A stretch of DNA of 64,000 bases from Laetmonice hystrix (taxonomy: Eukaryota): positions 43,092,001-43,156,000 of the forward strand of contig OZ249436.1 in NCBI GenBank assembly GCA_965235115.1, given 5' to 3'. Within the stretch, counting starts at the first letter, position 1. The number at the start of each line of letters is the position of its first letter. The translations under genes were made by a program, and so were the position numbers. Below the pieces are notes generated by a model. That model saw only the letters and a program-made list of their open reading frames with translations, searched no databases and was not told where the DNA came from. Shown piece after piece: positions 24,559-39,131 of the stretch.

Positions 24559-25252
24559 CTAGATACGTTGTGGAGTACCACAATGGATCCCATCCCCGGG
24601 GTGTCCCATGTAACATGTTCTGAATAGGGATAACTATGGTACTATCTTGCACCCGTGACGACTTATGAGCCTTAGAAGATGGAAGTTACGTCATTATGAC
24701 CTTATGCTACGTCATAAATATTGATCTCAATGGACTTCCTATTCATGTTCAAAAATAACTATAGGTGTATCTAGCACCGTTTACTAGTTACAGGCTTCTA
24801 CCAATCCTTAGAAAGGCTCAGTTACGTCATAAGGATGTAATAGATCACACAACAGAATAAATCTTGGTGTCAATTGAAAGAACATAATGAGGACTTCCTG
24901 TTTATAAATATTCAATACTAACTATGGGTCTAACTCCTACCATTTACAAGTTAAAACCCTGAGAAAATATCGATGACATCGTTATGTCATGGGTCACGTG
25001 ACCTAAGAAATAATGATGCCAAACGAAAGAGTATACATGACTTCCTATTCGTGTTCAATAGTAACTATGGGTCTAACTTCAAGCATTAACAAGTTATATC
25101 CCTTAGAAAATATCGATGACATCTTTACGACGTCACAGGTCACGTGACCTTAAGGATGACGATACCAAGTGATAGCAAGTTATAGCCCTCACAAAATATA
25201 GGTTCACTGGCTGTGGTAATCAGTACCAGTTCAATCCAGAATTAGCTTGTCA

Positions 25253-25406
25253 GATGGCGTAGCACTGGCGATAAGTGTCTTGACTCACATGCTATGGGTC
25301 GCCGGTTCAATCCCAGGCCGAGTCACCTATTTTTTTGGACTTCTACCGGAAGGGTCCCGCGTTCAATCCCAGGCCGAGTCACGTTTCTTTTTGTTTTTGT
25401 TTTTTC
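25253..25406 (+). pseudogene. tRNA-derived (SINE-head-like) Pol III cassette carried by family-A elements (copies at ~30700-30853 and ~45792-45945)
   Basis: A-box-like TGGCGTAGCACTGG (25255), B-box GGTTCAATCCC (25304-25314) and T7 run (25330-25336). A duplicated GTTCAATCCCAGGCCGAGTCAC plus T-rich tail follows. No intact cloverleaf is evident. Confidence 0.55.
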
Positions 25407-26244
25407 CCTCTAATTTTTAAAAATGGTCACGTGACCTGAAAAAAAAATATCATAAAAGAGCATAATGACTTCTTATCTGTGTTTAATAGTAACCAATGCC
25501 GAATCTGGCACCGTTTACAAGTTCTAGAAAATTGACAATTTTTCGAAATTTCAAAGTCACGTGATTCAGCGAATATTAGTCAAATCGCTTATCTTTTGAT
25601 GATTTGAGACAAGCTCATGTTAGAGAGTCCTTCTGCCTAATATTGTCGAATTTCACCAAAAAATGAAGAAGGAGTAGCGATTTAAGAGATTTGTGACTGA
25701 GGACCCAGTTCTCGCAAAGTTCAAGGTCAAATGACAAATGAAGGGTCCATGTTAGACTAGACCCTTGCCTAATAAAAACGCCATGATGGGGTTTGGAAAT
25801 TCCCAATATGAACGTCATGACGTGACGTCATACGTCACGTCACGTGATATGTCACAACTCATAGTCTGACCAGTCCTTGTCATGGTCAAGATGTGTCCCA
25901 AATTTGATTGAGATATCTTGAAAACTGACTGAGATGGACGCCACTGTTTACTACTACTACTACTACTACTACTACGACGCAAAGAACTAGATAGCGTGTG
26001 GCGATGCCACAAGGGATCCCATCCCCTGGGGGGGGACGTCATGCAGTTATAGTGACGTCTTCGTGGAGCTCGGTGTCAATTAAAAGACTATAATGACTTC
26101 CTATTCCTGCTCAGTAGGCCTACTAACCATGGCTTTATCTCCCACCGTTTATGAGTTATAGGCCTTAGAAAATATTGATGACGTCATTATGATGTCATGC
26201 GTGATGCTACATTATTAATCTTGAAGTCAATTGAAAGAGCATAT

Positions 26245-28060
26245 ATGACTTCCTATTAGTGTTTAATAGTAACTATGGCTCTATCTTCAACCATTTACAA
26301 GTTATAGCCCTGAGAAAATATGGATGACATCGTTATGACGTCATAGGTCACGTGACCTGAAAAATAATGATGACAAATGAAAGAGCATATATGACTTCCT
26401 ATTAGTGTTTAATAGTAACTATGGCTCTAACTTCAACCATTTACAAGTTATACCCCAGAGAAAATATGGATGACATCGTTATGACGTCATAGGTCACGTG
26501 ACCTAAAAAATAATGATGGCAAATGAAACAGCATATATGACTTCCTATTCGTGTTCAATAGTAACCAAGGCCCCATCTGGCACCGTTTACAAGTTATAGT
26601 CCTGAGAAAATATTGATGACATTATGACGTCATAGAACACGTGACCTAAAGAACAATGGTGTCAAATGAAAGAGCATATATGACTTCCTATTCGTGTTCA
26701 ATAGTAACTATGGCCCTATCTGGCACCGTTTACAAGTTATAGCCCTGAGAAAATATGGATGACATCGTTATGACGTCATAGGTCACGTGACCTGAAAAAT
26801 AACGGTGCCAAATGAGAGCATATATGACTTCCTATTCGTGTTCAATAGTAACTATGACGCAAACTTCAACTGTTTACAAGTGATGGCCCTGAGAAAACAT
26901 GGTTGACATCATTATGACGTCATAGGTCACGTGACCTGAAAAACACTAGTGTCAAGTGAAAGAGCATATATGACTTCCTATTAGTGTTTAATAGTAACTA
27001 TGGCTCTATCTTCAACCATTCACAAGTTATAGCCCTGAGAAAATATGGATGACATTCTTATGCCATCACAGGTCACGTGACCTAAAATAATAATGGTGCC
27101 ACATGAAAGAGCATATATGACTTCCTATTCATCTTCAATAGTAGACTAAGTATGACTCTAACTTCAACCATTTACAAGTGATGGCCCTGAGAAAACATGG
27201 TTGACATCATTATGACGTCATAGGTCACGTGACCTGAAAAACACTAGTGTCAAGTGAAAGAGCATATATGACTTCCTATTAGTGTTTAATAGTAACTATG
27301 GCTCTATCTTCAACCATTTACAAGTTATAGCCCTGAGAAAATATTGATGACATCGTTATGACGTCATAGGTCACGTGACCTAAAATAATAATGGTGCCAC
27401 ATGAAAGAGCATATATGACTTCCTATTCATCTTCAATAGTAGACTAAGTATGACTCTAACTTCAACCATTTACAAGTGATGGCCCTGAGAAAACATGGTT
27501 GACATCATTATGACGTCATAGGTCACGTGACCTGAAAAACACTAGTGTCAAGTGAAAGAGCATATATGACTTCCTATTAGTGTTTAATAGTAACTATGGC
27601 TCTATCTTCAACCATTTACAAGTTATAGCCCTGAGAAAATATTGATGACATCGTTATGACGTCATAGGTCACGTGACCTAAAATAATAATGGTGCCACAT
27701 GAAAGAGCATATATGACTTCCTATTCATCTTCAATAGTAGACTAAGTATGACTCTAACTTCAACCATTTACAAGTGATGGCCCTGAGAAAACATGGTTGA
27801 CATCATTATGACGTCATAGGTCACGTGACCTGAAAAACACTAGTGTCAAGTGAAAGAGCATATATGACTTCCTATTAGTGTTTAATAGTAACTATGGCTC
27901 TATCTTCAACCATTTACAAGTTATAGCCCTGAGAAAATATTGATGACATCGTTATGACGTCATAGGTCACGTGACCTAAAAAATAATGGTGCCAAATGAA
28001 AGAGCATATATGACTTCCTATTCGTGTTCAATAGTAACTATGGCCCTAACTGGCACTGTT
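26245..28060. repeat. Central 146-151-bp tandem repeat of family-B elements (also ~28850-29340, 31690-33200, 34057-35875, 36640-38605, 39390-42095)
   Basis: ATGACTTCCTATT anchors at 26245, 26391, 26537 (146 bp). Later 151+147-bp alternation gives a 298-bp dimer (27117, 27268, 27415, 27566). Confidence 0.96.
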
Positions 28061-28591
28061 TAGAAGTTATAGCCATAGATAGCTAAACTGGCCACTGTTG
28101 AAAACTTCAAGGTCACGTGATTCATCGAATATAGGTCAAATCGCTTATCTTTGGATGATTCTATTAAAACCCTTGTTGGAGAGTGTTCCTGTCCAATATT
28201 ATCAAATTTTACCAAAAAATTAAGAAGAAGAAGCGATTTAACCGATTTGTGACCTAGGACCCAGTTCTCCCTAAGGTCAAAGGTCAAAGGTTAAATGAAG
28301 GGTCATTTTTGGGCTAGACCCTTGCCTGATCATAACGGCATGATAGACCTTGGAAATTCCAAATATGAACTTTGAAAATGGCCCTCAATATCCCAAACAC
28401 GTTTGACGTCATGACGTCATGACGTGACGTCACGTGACGTCATGACTGATTGTGTGACCTGACTTTGTCATGGTCAAGATCTCTGCCAAGTTTGATTGAG
28501 ATATCTTGAAAAGTGACTGAGATGGAGGTACTGTTTACAACTACAACAACTACTACTACTACTACTACTACAACGCAAAAAATAATAATAA

Positions 28592-29830
28592 CTAGATAGC
28601 GTGTGGCGATGCCACAAGGGATCCCATCCCCTGGGGGGGGACGTCATGCAGTTATAGTGACGTCTTCGTGGAGCTCGGTCTCAATTAAAAGACTATAATG
28701 ACTTCCTATTCCTGCTCAGTAGGCCTACTAACCATGGCTTTATCTCCCACCGTTTATGAGTTATAGGCCTTAGAAAATATTGATGACGTCATTATGATGT
28801 CATACGTGATGCTACATTATTAATCTTGAAGTCAATTGAAAGAGCATATATGACTTCCTATTAGTGTTTAATAGTAACTATGGCTCTATCTTCAACCATT
28901 TACAAGTTATAGCCCTGAGAAAATATTGATGACATCGTTATGACGTCATAGGTCACGTGACCTAAAATAATAATGGTGCCACATGAAAGAGCATATATGA
29001 CTTCCTATTCATCTTCAATAGTAGACTAAGTATGACTCTAACTTCAACCATTTACAAGTGATGGCCCTGAGAAAACATGGTTGACATCATTATGACGTCA
29101 TAGGTCACGTGACCTGAAAAACACTAGTGTCAAGTGAAAGAGCATATGACTTCCTATTAGTGTTTAATAGTAACTATGGCTCTATCTTCAACCATTTACA
29201 AGTTATAGTCCTGAGAAAATATTGATGACATCGTTATGACGTCATAGGTCACGTGACCTAAAAAATAATGGTGCCAAAGGAAAGAGCATATATGACTTCC
29301 TATTCGTGTTCAATAGTAACTATGGCCCTAACTGGCACTGTTTAGAAGTTATAGCCATAGATAGCTAAACTGGCCACTGTTGAAAACTTAAAGGTCACGT
29401 GATTCATCGAATATAGGTCAAATCGCTTATCTTTGGATGATTCTATTAAAACCCTTTTTAGAGAGTGTTCCTGTCCAATATTATCAGATTTTACCAAAAA
29501 ATTAAGAAGAAGAAGCGATTTAACCGATTTGTGACCTAGGACCCAGTTCTCCCTAAGGTCAAAGGTCAAAGGTCAAATGAAGGGTCATTTTTGGGCTAGA
29601 CCCTTGCCTGATCATAACGCCATGATAGATCTTGGAAATTCCAAATATGAACTTTGAAAATGGCCCTCAATATCCCAAACACGTTTGACGTCATGACGTC
29701 ATGACGTCACGTCACGTGACGTCATGACTGATTGTGTGACCTGACTTTGTCATGGTCAAGATCTCTGCCAAGTTTGATTGAGATATCTTGAAAAATGACT
29801 GAGATAGAGGTACTGTTTACAACTACAACA

Positions 29831-29862
<32 letters not shown>

Positions 29863-29941
29863 AACGCAAAAAATAATAATAATAGGGAAGACGAAACCAC
29901 ACAATTTCTAAATCCCATCCCCTGGATAGGGGATGGGATAA
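28592..29941 (-). mobile_element. E3: intact family-B element, short (~3 central repeats), 1350 bp
   Basis: Both ends present (CTAG… / …GGGGATGGGATAA on +). Confidence 0.88.
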
Positions 29942-31431
29942 TAATAGGGAAGACGAAACCACACAATTTCTAAATCCCATCCCCTGGATAGGGGATGGGA
30001 TAATAACTAGATACGTTGTGGAGTACCACAATGGATCCCATCCCCGGGGTGTCCCATGTAACATGTTCTGAATAGGGATAACTATGGTACTATCTTGCAC
30101 CCGTGACGACTTATGAGCCTTAGAAGATGGAAGTTACGTCATTATGACCTTATGCTACGTCATAAATATTGATCTCAATGGACTTCCTATTCATGTTCAA
30201 AAATAACTATAGGTGTATCTAGCACCGTTTACTAGTTACAGGCTTCTACCAATCCTTAGAAGGGCTCAGTTACGTCATAAGGATGTAATAGATCACACAA
30301 CAGAATAAATCTTGGTGTCAATTGAAAGAACATAATGAGGACTTCCTGTTTATAAATATTCAATACTAACTATGGGTCTAACTCCTACCATTTACAAGTT
30401 AAAACCCTGAGAAAATATCGATGACATCGTTATGTCATGGGTCACGTGACCTAAGAAATAATGATGCCAAACGAAAGAGTATACATGACTTCCTATTCGT
30501 GTTCAATAGTAACTATGGGTCTAACTTCAAGCATTAACAAGTTATATCCCTTAGAAAATATCGATGACATCTTTACGACGTCACAGGTCACGTGACCTTA
30601 AGGATGACGATACCAAGTGATAGCAAGTTATAGCCCTCACAAAATATAGGTTCACTGGCTGTGGTAATCAGTACCAGTTCAATCCAGTATTAGCTTGTCA
30701 GATGGCGTAGCACTGGCGATAAGTGTCTTGACTCACATGCTATGGGTCGCCGGTTCAATCCCAGGCCGAGTCACCTATTTTTTTGGACTTCTACCGGAAG
30801 GGTCCCGCGTTCAATCCCAGGCCGAGTCACGTTTCTTTTTGTTTTTGTTTTTTCCCTCTAATTTTTAAAAATGGTCACGTGACCTGAAAAAAAAATATCA
30901 TAAAAGAGCATAATGACTTCTTATCTGTGTTTAATAGTAACCAATGCCAAATCTGGCACCGTTTACAAGTTCTAGAAAATTGACAATTTTTCGAAATTTC
31001 AAAGTCACGTGATTCAGCGAATATTAGTCAAATCGCTTATCTTTTGATGATTTGAGACAAGCTCATGTTAGAGAGTCCTTCTGCCTAATATTGTCGAATT
31101 TCACCAAAAAATGAAGAAGGAGTAGCGATTTAAGAGATTTGTGACTGAGGACCCAGTTCTCGCAAAGTTCAAGGTCAAATGACAAATGAAGGGTCCATGT
31201 TAGACTAGACCCTTGCCTGATTAAAACGCCATGATGGGGTTTGGAAATTCCCAATATGAACGTCATGACGTGACGTCATACGTCACGTCACGTGATATGT
31301 CACAACTCATTGTCTGACCAGTCCTTGTCATGGTCAAGATGTGTGCCAAATTTGATTGAGATATCTTGAAAACTGACTGAGATGGACGCCACTGTTTACT
31401 ACTACTACTACTACTACTACGACGCAAAGAA

Positions 31432-33799
31432 CTAGATAGCGTGTGGCGATGCCACAAGGGATCCCATCCCCTGGGGGGGGACGTCATGCAGTTATAGTGA
31501 CGTCTTCGTGGAGCTCGGTGTCAATTAAAAGACTATAATGACTTCCTATTCCTGCTCAGTAGGCCTACTAACCATGGCTTTATCTCCCACCGTTTATGAG
31601 TTATAGGCCTTAGAAAATATTGATGACGTCATTATGATGTCATACGTGATGCTACATTATTAATCTTGAAGTCAATTGAAAGAGCATATATGACTTCCTA
31701 TTAGTGTTTAATAGTAACTATGGCTCTATCTTCAACCATTTACAAGTTATAGCCCTGAGAAAATATGGATGACATCGTTATGACGTCATAGGTCACGTGA
31801 CCTGAAAAATAATGATGACAAATGAAAGAGCATATATGACTTCCTATTAGTGTTTAATAGTAACTATGGCTCTAACTTCAACCATTTACAAGTTATACCC
31901 CAGAGAAAATATGGATGACATCGTTATGACGTCATAGGTCACGTGACCTAAAAAATAATGATGGCAAATGAAACAGCATATATGACTTCCTATTCGTGTT
32001 CAATAGTAATCAAGGCCCCATCTGGCACCGTTTACAAGTTATAGTCCTGAGAAAATATTGATGACATTATGACGTCATAGATCACGTGACCTAAAGAACA
32101 ATGGTGTCAAATGAAAGAGCATATATGACTTCCTATTCGTGTTCAATAGTAACTATGGCCCTATCTGGCACCGTTTACAAGTTATAGCCCTGAGAAAATA
32201 TGGATGACATCATTATGACGTCATAGGTCACGTGACCTGAAAAATAACGGTGCCAAATGAAAGAGCATATATGACTTCCTATTCGTGTTCAAGAGTAACT
32301 ATGACGCTAACTTCAACTGTTTACAAGTGATAGCCCTGAGAAAATATGGATGACATCATTATGACGTCATAGGTCACGTGACCTGAAAAATAATGGTGTC
32401 AAGTGAAAGAACATATATGACTTCCTATTAGTGTTTAATATTAACTATGGCTCTATCTTCAACCATTCACAAGTTATAGCCCTGAGAAAATATGGATGAC
32501 ATTCTTATGCCATCACAGGTCACGTGACCTAAAATAATAATGGTGCCACATGAAAGAGCATATATGACTTCCTATTCATCTTCAATAGTAGACTAAGTAT
32601 GACTCTAACTTCAACCATTTACAAGTGATGGCCCTGAGAAAACATGGTTGACATCATTATGACGTCATAGGTCACGTGACCTGAAAAACACTAGTGTCAA
32701 GTGAAAGAGCATATATGACTTCCTATTAGTGTTTAATAGTAACTATGGCTCTATCTTCAACCATTTACAAGTTATAGCCCTGAGAAAATATTGATGACAT
32801 CGTTATGTCGTCATAGGTCACGTGACCTAAAAAATAATGGTGTCAAATGAAAGAGCATATATGACTTCCTATTCGTGTTCAATAGTAACTATGACCCTAT
32901 CTGGCACCGTTTACAAGTTATAGCCCTGAGAAAATATGGATGATATCGTTATGACGTCATAGGTCACGTGACCTAAAAAATGATGGTGTCAAATGAAAGA
33001 GCATATATGACTTCCTATTCGTGTTCAATAGTAACTATGACCCTATCTGGCACCGTTAACAAGTTATAGCCCTGAGAAAATATGGATGACATCATTATGA
33101 CGTCATAGGTCACGTGACCTGAAAAATAATGGTCCCAAATGAAAGAGCATATATGACTTCCTATTCGTGTTCAATAGTAACTATGGCCCTAACTGGCATT
33201 GTTCAGAAGTTATAGCTATAGATAGCTAAACTGGCCACTGTTGAAAACTTCAGGGTCACGTGATTCATCGAATATAGGTCAAATCGCTTATCTTTGGATG
33301 ATTCTATTAAAACCCTTGTTAGAGAGTGTTCCTGTCCAATATTATCAAATTTTACCAAAAAATTAAGAAGAAGAAGCGATTTAAGCGATTTGTGACCTAG
33401 GACCCAGTTCTCCCTAAGGTCAAAGGTCAAAGGTCAAATGAAGGGTCAGTTTTAGGCTAGACCCTTGCCTGATCATAACGCCATGACATATCTTGGAAAT
33501 TCCAAATATGAACTTTGAAAATGGCCCTCAATATCCCAAACACGTTTGACGTCATGACGTCATGACGTGACGTCACGTGACGTCATGACTGATTGTGTGA
33601 CCTAACTTTGTCATGGTCAAGATCTCTGCCAAGTTTGATTGAGATATCTTGAAAAATGACTGAGATAGAGGTACTGTTTACAACTACAACAACTACTACT
33701 ACTACTACTACTACTACTACAACGCAAAAAATAATAATAATAGGGAAGACGAAACCACACAATTTCTAGATCCCATCCCCTGGATAGGGGATGGGATAA
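31432..33799 (-). mobile_element. E5: intact family-B element (~10 central repeats)
   Basis: Both ends present; 5' end variant TTCTAGATCCC. Confidence 0.88.
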
Positions 33800-36700
33800 C
33801 TAGATAGCGTGTGGCGATGCCACAAGGGATCCCATCCCCTGGGGGGGACGTCATGCAGTTATAGTGACGTCTTCGTGGAGCTCGGTCTCAATTAAAAGAC
33901 TATAATGACTTCCTATTCCTGCTCAGTAGGCCTACTAACCATGGCTTTATCTCCCACCGTTTATGAGTTATAGGCCTTAGAAAATATTGATGACGTCATT
34001 ATGATGTCATACGTGATGCTATATTATTAATCTTGAAGTCAATTGAAAGAGCATATATGACTTCCTATTAGTGTTTAATAGTAACTATGGCTCTATCTTC
34101 AACCATTTACAAGTTATAGCCCTGAGAAAATATGGATGACATCGTTATGACGTCATAGGTCACGTGACCTGAAAAATAATGATGACAAATGAAAGAGCAT
34201 ATATGACTTCCTATTAGTGTTTAATAGTAACTATGGCTCTAACTTCAACCATTTACAAGTTATACCCCAGAGAAAATAGGGATGACATCGTTATGACGTC
34301 ATAGGTCACGTGACCTAAAAAATAATGATGGCAAATGAAACAGCATATATGACTTCCTATTCGTGTTCAATAGTAACCAAGGCCCCATCTGGCACCGTTT
34401 ACAAGTTATAGTCCTGAGAAAATATTGATGACATTATGACGTCATAGATCACGTGACCTAAAGAACAATGGTGTCAAATGAAAGAGCATGACTTCCTATT
34501 CGTGTTCAATAGTAACTATGGCCCTATCTGGCACCGTTTACAAGTTATAGCCCTGAGAAAATATGGATGACATCGTTATGACGTCATAGGTCACGTGACC
34601 TGAAAAATAACGGTGCCAAATGAAAGAGCATAATTATATGACTTCCTATTCATCTTCAATAGTAACTATGACGCTAACTTCAACTGTTTACAAGTGATAG
34701 CCCTGAGAAAATATGGATGACATCATTATGACGTCATAGGTCACGTGACCTGAAAAATAATGGTGTCAAGTGAAAGAACATATATGACTTCCTATTAGTG
34801 TTTAATAGTAACTATGGCTCTATCTTCAACCATTCACAAGTTATAGCCCTGAGAAAATATGGATGACATTCTTATGCCATCACAGGTCACGTGACCTAAA
34901 ATAATAATGGTGCCACATGAAAGAGCATATATGACTTCCTATTCATCTTCAATAGTAGACTAAGTATGACTCTAACTTCAACCATTTACAAGTGATGGCC
35001 CTGAGAAAACATGGTTAACATCATTATGACGTCATAGGTCACGTGACCTGAAAAACACTAGTGTCAAGTGAAAGAGCATATATGACTTCCTATTAGTGTT
35101 TAATAGTAACTATGGCTCTATCTTCAACCATTTACAAGTTATAGCCCTGAGAAAATATTGATGACATCGTTATGACGTCATAGGTCACGTGACCTAAAAT
35201 AATAATGGTGCCACATGAAAGAGCATATATGACTTCCTATTCATCTTCAATAGTAGACTAAGTATGACTCTAACTTCAACCATTTACAAGTGATGGCCCT
35301 GAGAAAACATGGTTGACATCATTATGACGTCATAGGTCACGTGACCTGAAAAACACTAGTGTCAAGTGAAAGAGCATATATGACTTCCTATTAGTGTTTA
35401 ATAGTAACTATGGCTCTATCTTCAACCATTTACAAGTTATAGCCCTGAGAAAATATTGATGACATCGTTATGACGTCATAGGTCACGTGACCTAAAATAA
35501 TAATGGTGCCACATGAAAGAGCATATATGACTTCCTATTCATCTTCAATAGTAGACTAAGTATGACTCTAACTTCAACCATTTACAAGTGATGGCCCTGA
35601 GAAAACATGGTTGACATCATTATGACGTCATAGGTCACGTGACCTGAAAAACACTAGTGTCAAGTGAAAGAGCATATATGACTTCCTATTAGTGTTTAAT
35701 AGTAACTATGGCTCTATCTTCAACCATTTACAAGTTATAGTCCTGAGAAAATATTGATGACATCGTTATGACGTCATAGGTCACGTGATCTAAAAAATAA
35801 TGGTGCCAAATGAAAGAGCATATATGACTTCCTATTCGTGTTCAATAGTAACTATGGCCCTAACTGGCACTGTTTAGAAGTTATAGCCATAGATAGCGAA
35901 ACTGGCCACTGTTGAAAACTTAAAGGTCACGTGATTCATCGAATATAGGTCAAATCGCTTATCTTTGGATGATTCTATTAAAACCCTTTTTAGAGAGTGT
36001 TCCTGTCCAATATTATCAGATTTTACCAAAAAATTAAGAAGAAGAAGCGATTTAACCGATTTGTGACCTAGGACCCAGTTCTCCCTAAGGTCAAAGGTCA
36101 AAGGTCAAATGAAGGGTCATTTTTGGGCTAGACCCTTGCCTGATCATAACGCCATGATAGATCTTGGAAATTCCAAATATGAACTTTGAAAATGGCCCTC
36201 AATATCCCAAACACGTTTGACGTCATGACGTCATGACGTGACGTCACGTGACGTCATGACTGATTGTGTGACCTGACTTTGTCATGGTCAAGATCTCTGC
36301 CAAGTTTGATTGAAATATCTTGAAAAGTGACTGAGATGGAGGTACTGTTTACAACTACAACTACTACTACTACAACGCAAACTAGATAGCGTGTGGCGAT
36401 GCCACAAGGGATCCCATCCCCTGGGGGGGGACGTCATGCAGTTATAGTGACGTCTTCGTGGAGCTCGGTGTCAATTAAAAGACTATAATGACTTCCTATT
36501 CCTGCTCAGTAGGCCTACTAACCATGGCTTTATCTCCCACCGTTTATGAGTTATAGGCCTTAGAAAATATTGATGACGTCATTATGATGTCATACGTGAT
36601 GCTACATTATTAATCTTGAAGTCAATTGAAAGAGCATATATGACTTCCTATTAGTGTTTAATAGTAACTATGGCTCTATCTTCAACCATTTACAAGTTAT

Positions 36701-39131
36701 AGCCCTGAGAAAATATGGATGACATCGTTATGACGTCATAGGTCACGTGACCTGAAAAATAATGATGACAAATGAAAGAGCATATATGACTTCCTATTAG
36801 TGTTTAATAGTAACTATGGCTCTAACTTCAACCATTTACAAGTTATACCCCAGAGAAAATATGGATGACATCGTTATGACGTCATAGGTCACGTGACCTA
36901 AAGAACAATGGTGTCAAATGAAAGAGCATATATGACTTCCTATTCGTGTTCAATAGTAACTATGGCCCTATCTGGCACCGTTTACAAGTTATAGCCCTGA
37001 GAAAATATGGATGACATCATTATGACGTCATAGGTCACGTGACCTGAAAAAAAACGGTGCCAAATGAAAGAGCATATATGACTTCCTATTCGTGTTCAAG
37101 AGTAACTATGACGCTAACTTCAACTGTTTACAAGTGATAGCCCTGAGAAAATATGGATGACATCATTATGACGTCATAGGTCACGTGACCTGAAAAATAA
37201 TGGTGTCAAGTGAAAGAACATATATGACTTCCTATTAGTGTTTAATATTAACTATGGCTCTATCTTCAACCATTCACAAGTTATAGCCCTGAGAAAATAT
37301 GGATGACATTCTTATGCCATCACAGGTCACGTGACCTAAAATAATAATGGTGCCACATGAAAGAGCATATATGACTTCCTATTCATCTTCAATAGTAGAC
37401 TAAGTATGACTCTAACTTCAACCATTTACAAGTGATGGCCCTGAGAAAACATGGTTGACATCATTATGACGTCATAGGTCACGTGACCTGAAAAACACTA
37501 GTGTCAAGTGAAAGAGCATATATGACTTCCTATTAGTGTTTAATAGTAACTATGGCTCTATCTTCAACCATTTACAAGTTATAGCCCTGAGAAAATATTG
37601 ATGACATCGTTATGACGTCATAGGTCACGTGACCTAAAATAATAATGGTGCCACATGAAAGTGCATATATGACTTCCTATTCATCTTCAATAGTAGACTA
37701 AGTATGACTCTAACTTCAACCATTTACAAGTGATGGCCCTGAGAAGACATGGTTGACATCATTATGACGTCATAGGTCACGTGACCTGAAAAACACTAGT
37801 GTCAAGTGAAAGAGCATATATGACTTCCTATTAGTGTTTAATAGTAACTATGGCTCTATCTTCAACCATTTACAAGTTATAGCCCTGAGAAAATATTGAA
37901 GACATCGTTATGACGTCATAGGTCACGTGACCTAAAATAATAATGGTGCCACATGAAAGAGCATATATGACTTCCTATTCATCTTCAATAGTAGACTAAG
38001 TATGACTCTAACTTCAACCATTTACAAGTGATGGCCCTGAGAAAACATGGTTGACATCATTATGACGTCATAGGTCACGTGACCTGAAAAATAATGGTGC
38101 AAAATGAAAGAGCATATATGACTTCCTATTAGTGTTTAATAGTAACTATGGCTCTATCTTCAACCATTTACAAGTTATAGCCCTGAGAAAATATTGATGA
38201 CATCGTTATGACGTCATAGGTCACGTGACCTAAAAAATAATGGTGTCAAATGAAAGAGCATATATGACTTCCTATTCGTGTTCAATAGTAACTATGACCC
38301 TATCTGGCACCGTTTACAAGTTATAGCCCTGAGAAAATATGGATGATATCGTTATGACGTCATAGGTCACGTGACCTAAAAAATGATGGTGTCAAATGAA
38401 AGAGCATATATGACTTCCTATTCGTGTTCAATAGTAACTATGACCCTATCTGGCACCGTTAACAAGTTATAGCCCTGAGAAAATATGGATGACATCATTA
38501 TGACGTCATAGGTCACGTGACCTGAAAAATAATGGTCCCAAATGAAAGAGCATATATGACTTCCTATTCGTGTTCAATAGTAACTATGGCCCTAACTGGC
38601 ATTGTTCAGAAGTTATAGCTATAGATAGCTAAACTGGCCACTGTTGAAAACTTCAGGGTCACGTGATTCATCGAATATAGGTCAAATCGCTTATCTTTGG
38701 ATGATTCTATTAAAACCCTTGTTAGAGAGTGTTCCTGTCCAATATTATCAAATTTTACCAGAAAATTAAGAAGAAGTAGCGATTTAACCGATTTGTGACC
38801 TAGGACCCAGTTCTCCCTAAGGTCAAAGGTCAAAGGTCAAATGAAGGGTCAGTTTTAGGCTAGACTCTTCCCTGATCATAACGCCATGATAGATCTTGGA
38901 AATTCCAAATACGAACTTTGAAAATGGCTCTCAATATCCCAAACACGTTTGACGTCATGACGTCATGACGTGGCGTCACGTGACGTCATGACTGATTGTG
39001 TGACCTGACTTCGTCATGGTCAAGATCTCTGCCAAGTTTGATTGAGATATCTTGAAAAGTGACTGAGATGGAGGTACTGTTTACAACTACAACAACTACT
39101 ACTACTACTACTACTACAACGCAAAAAATAA

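Larger units (their letters stand above)
25987..30003 (-). mobile_element. E2: family-B HINE-like element (contains E3), ~12 central 146-151-bp repeats
   Basis: Starts CTAGATAGCGTGTGGCGATGCCACAAGGGATCCCATCCCC on +. Body runs to 28591; displaced 5' end at 29942-30003. Confidence 0.87.

Noticed and set aside
25253..25327. Functional tRNA gene
   Set aside because: Acceptor and anticodon stems do not pair convincingly; treated as a tRNA-derived fragment.
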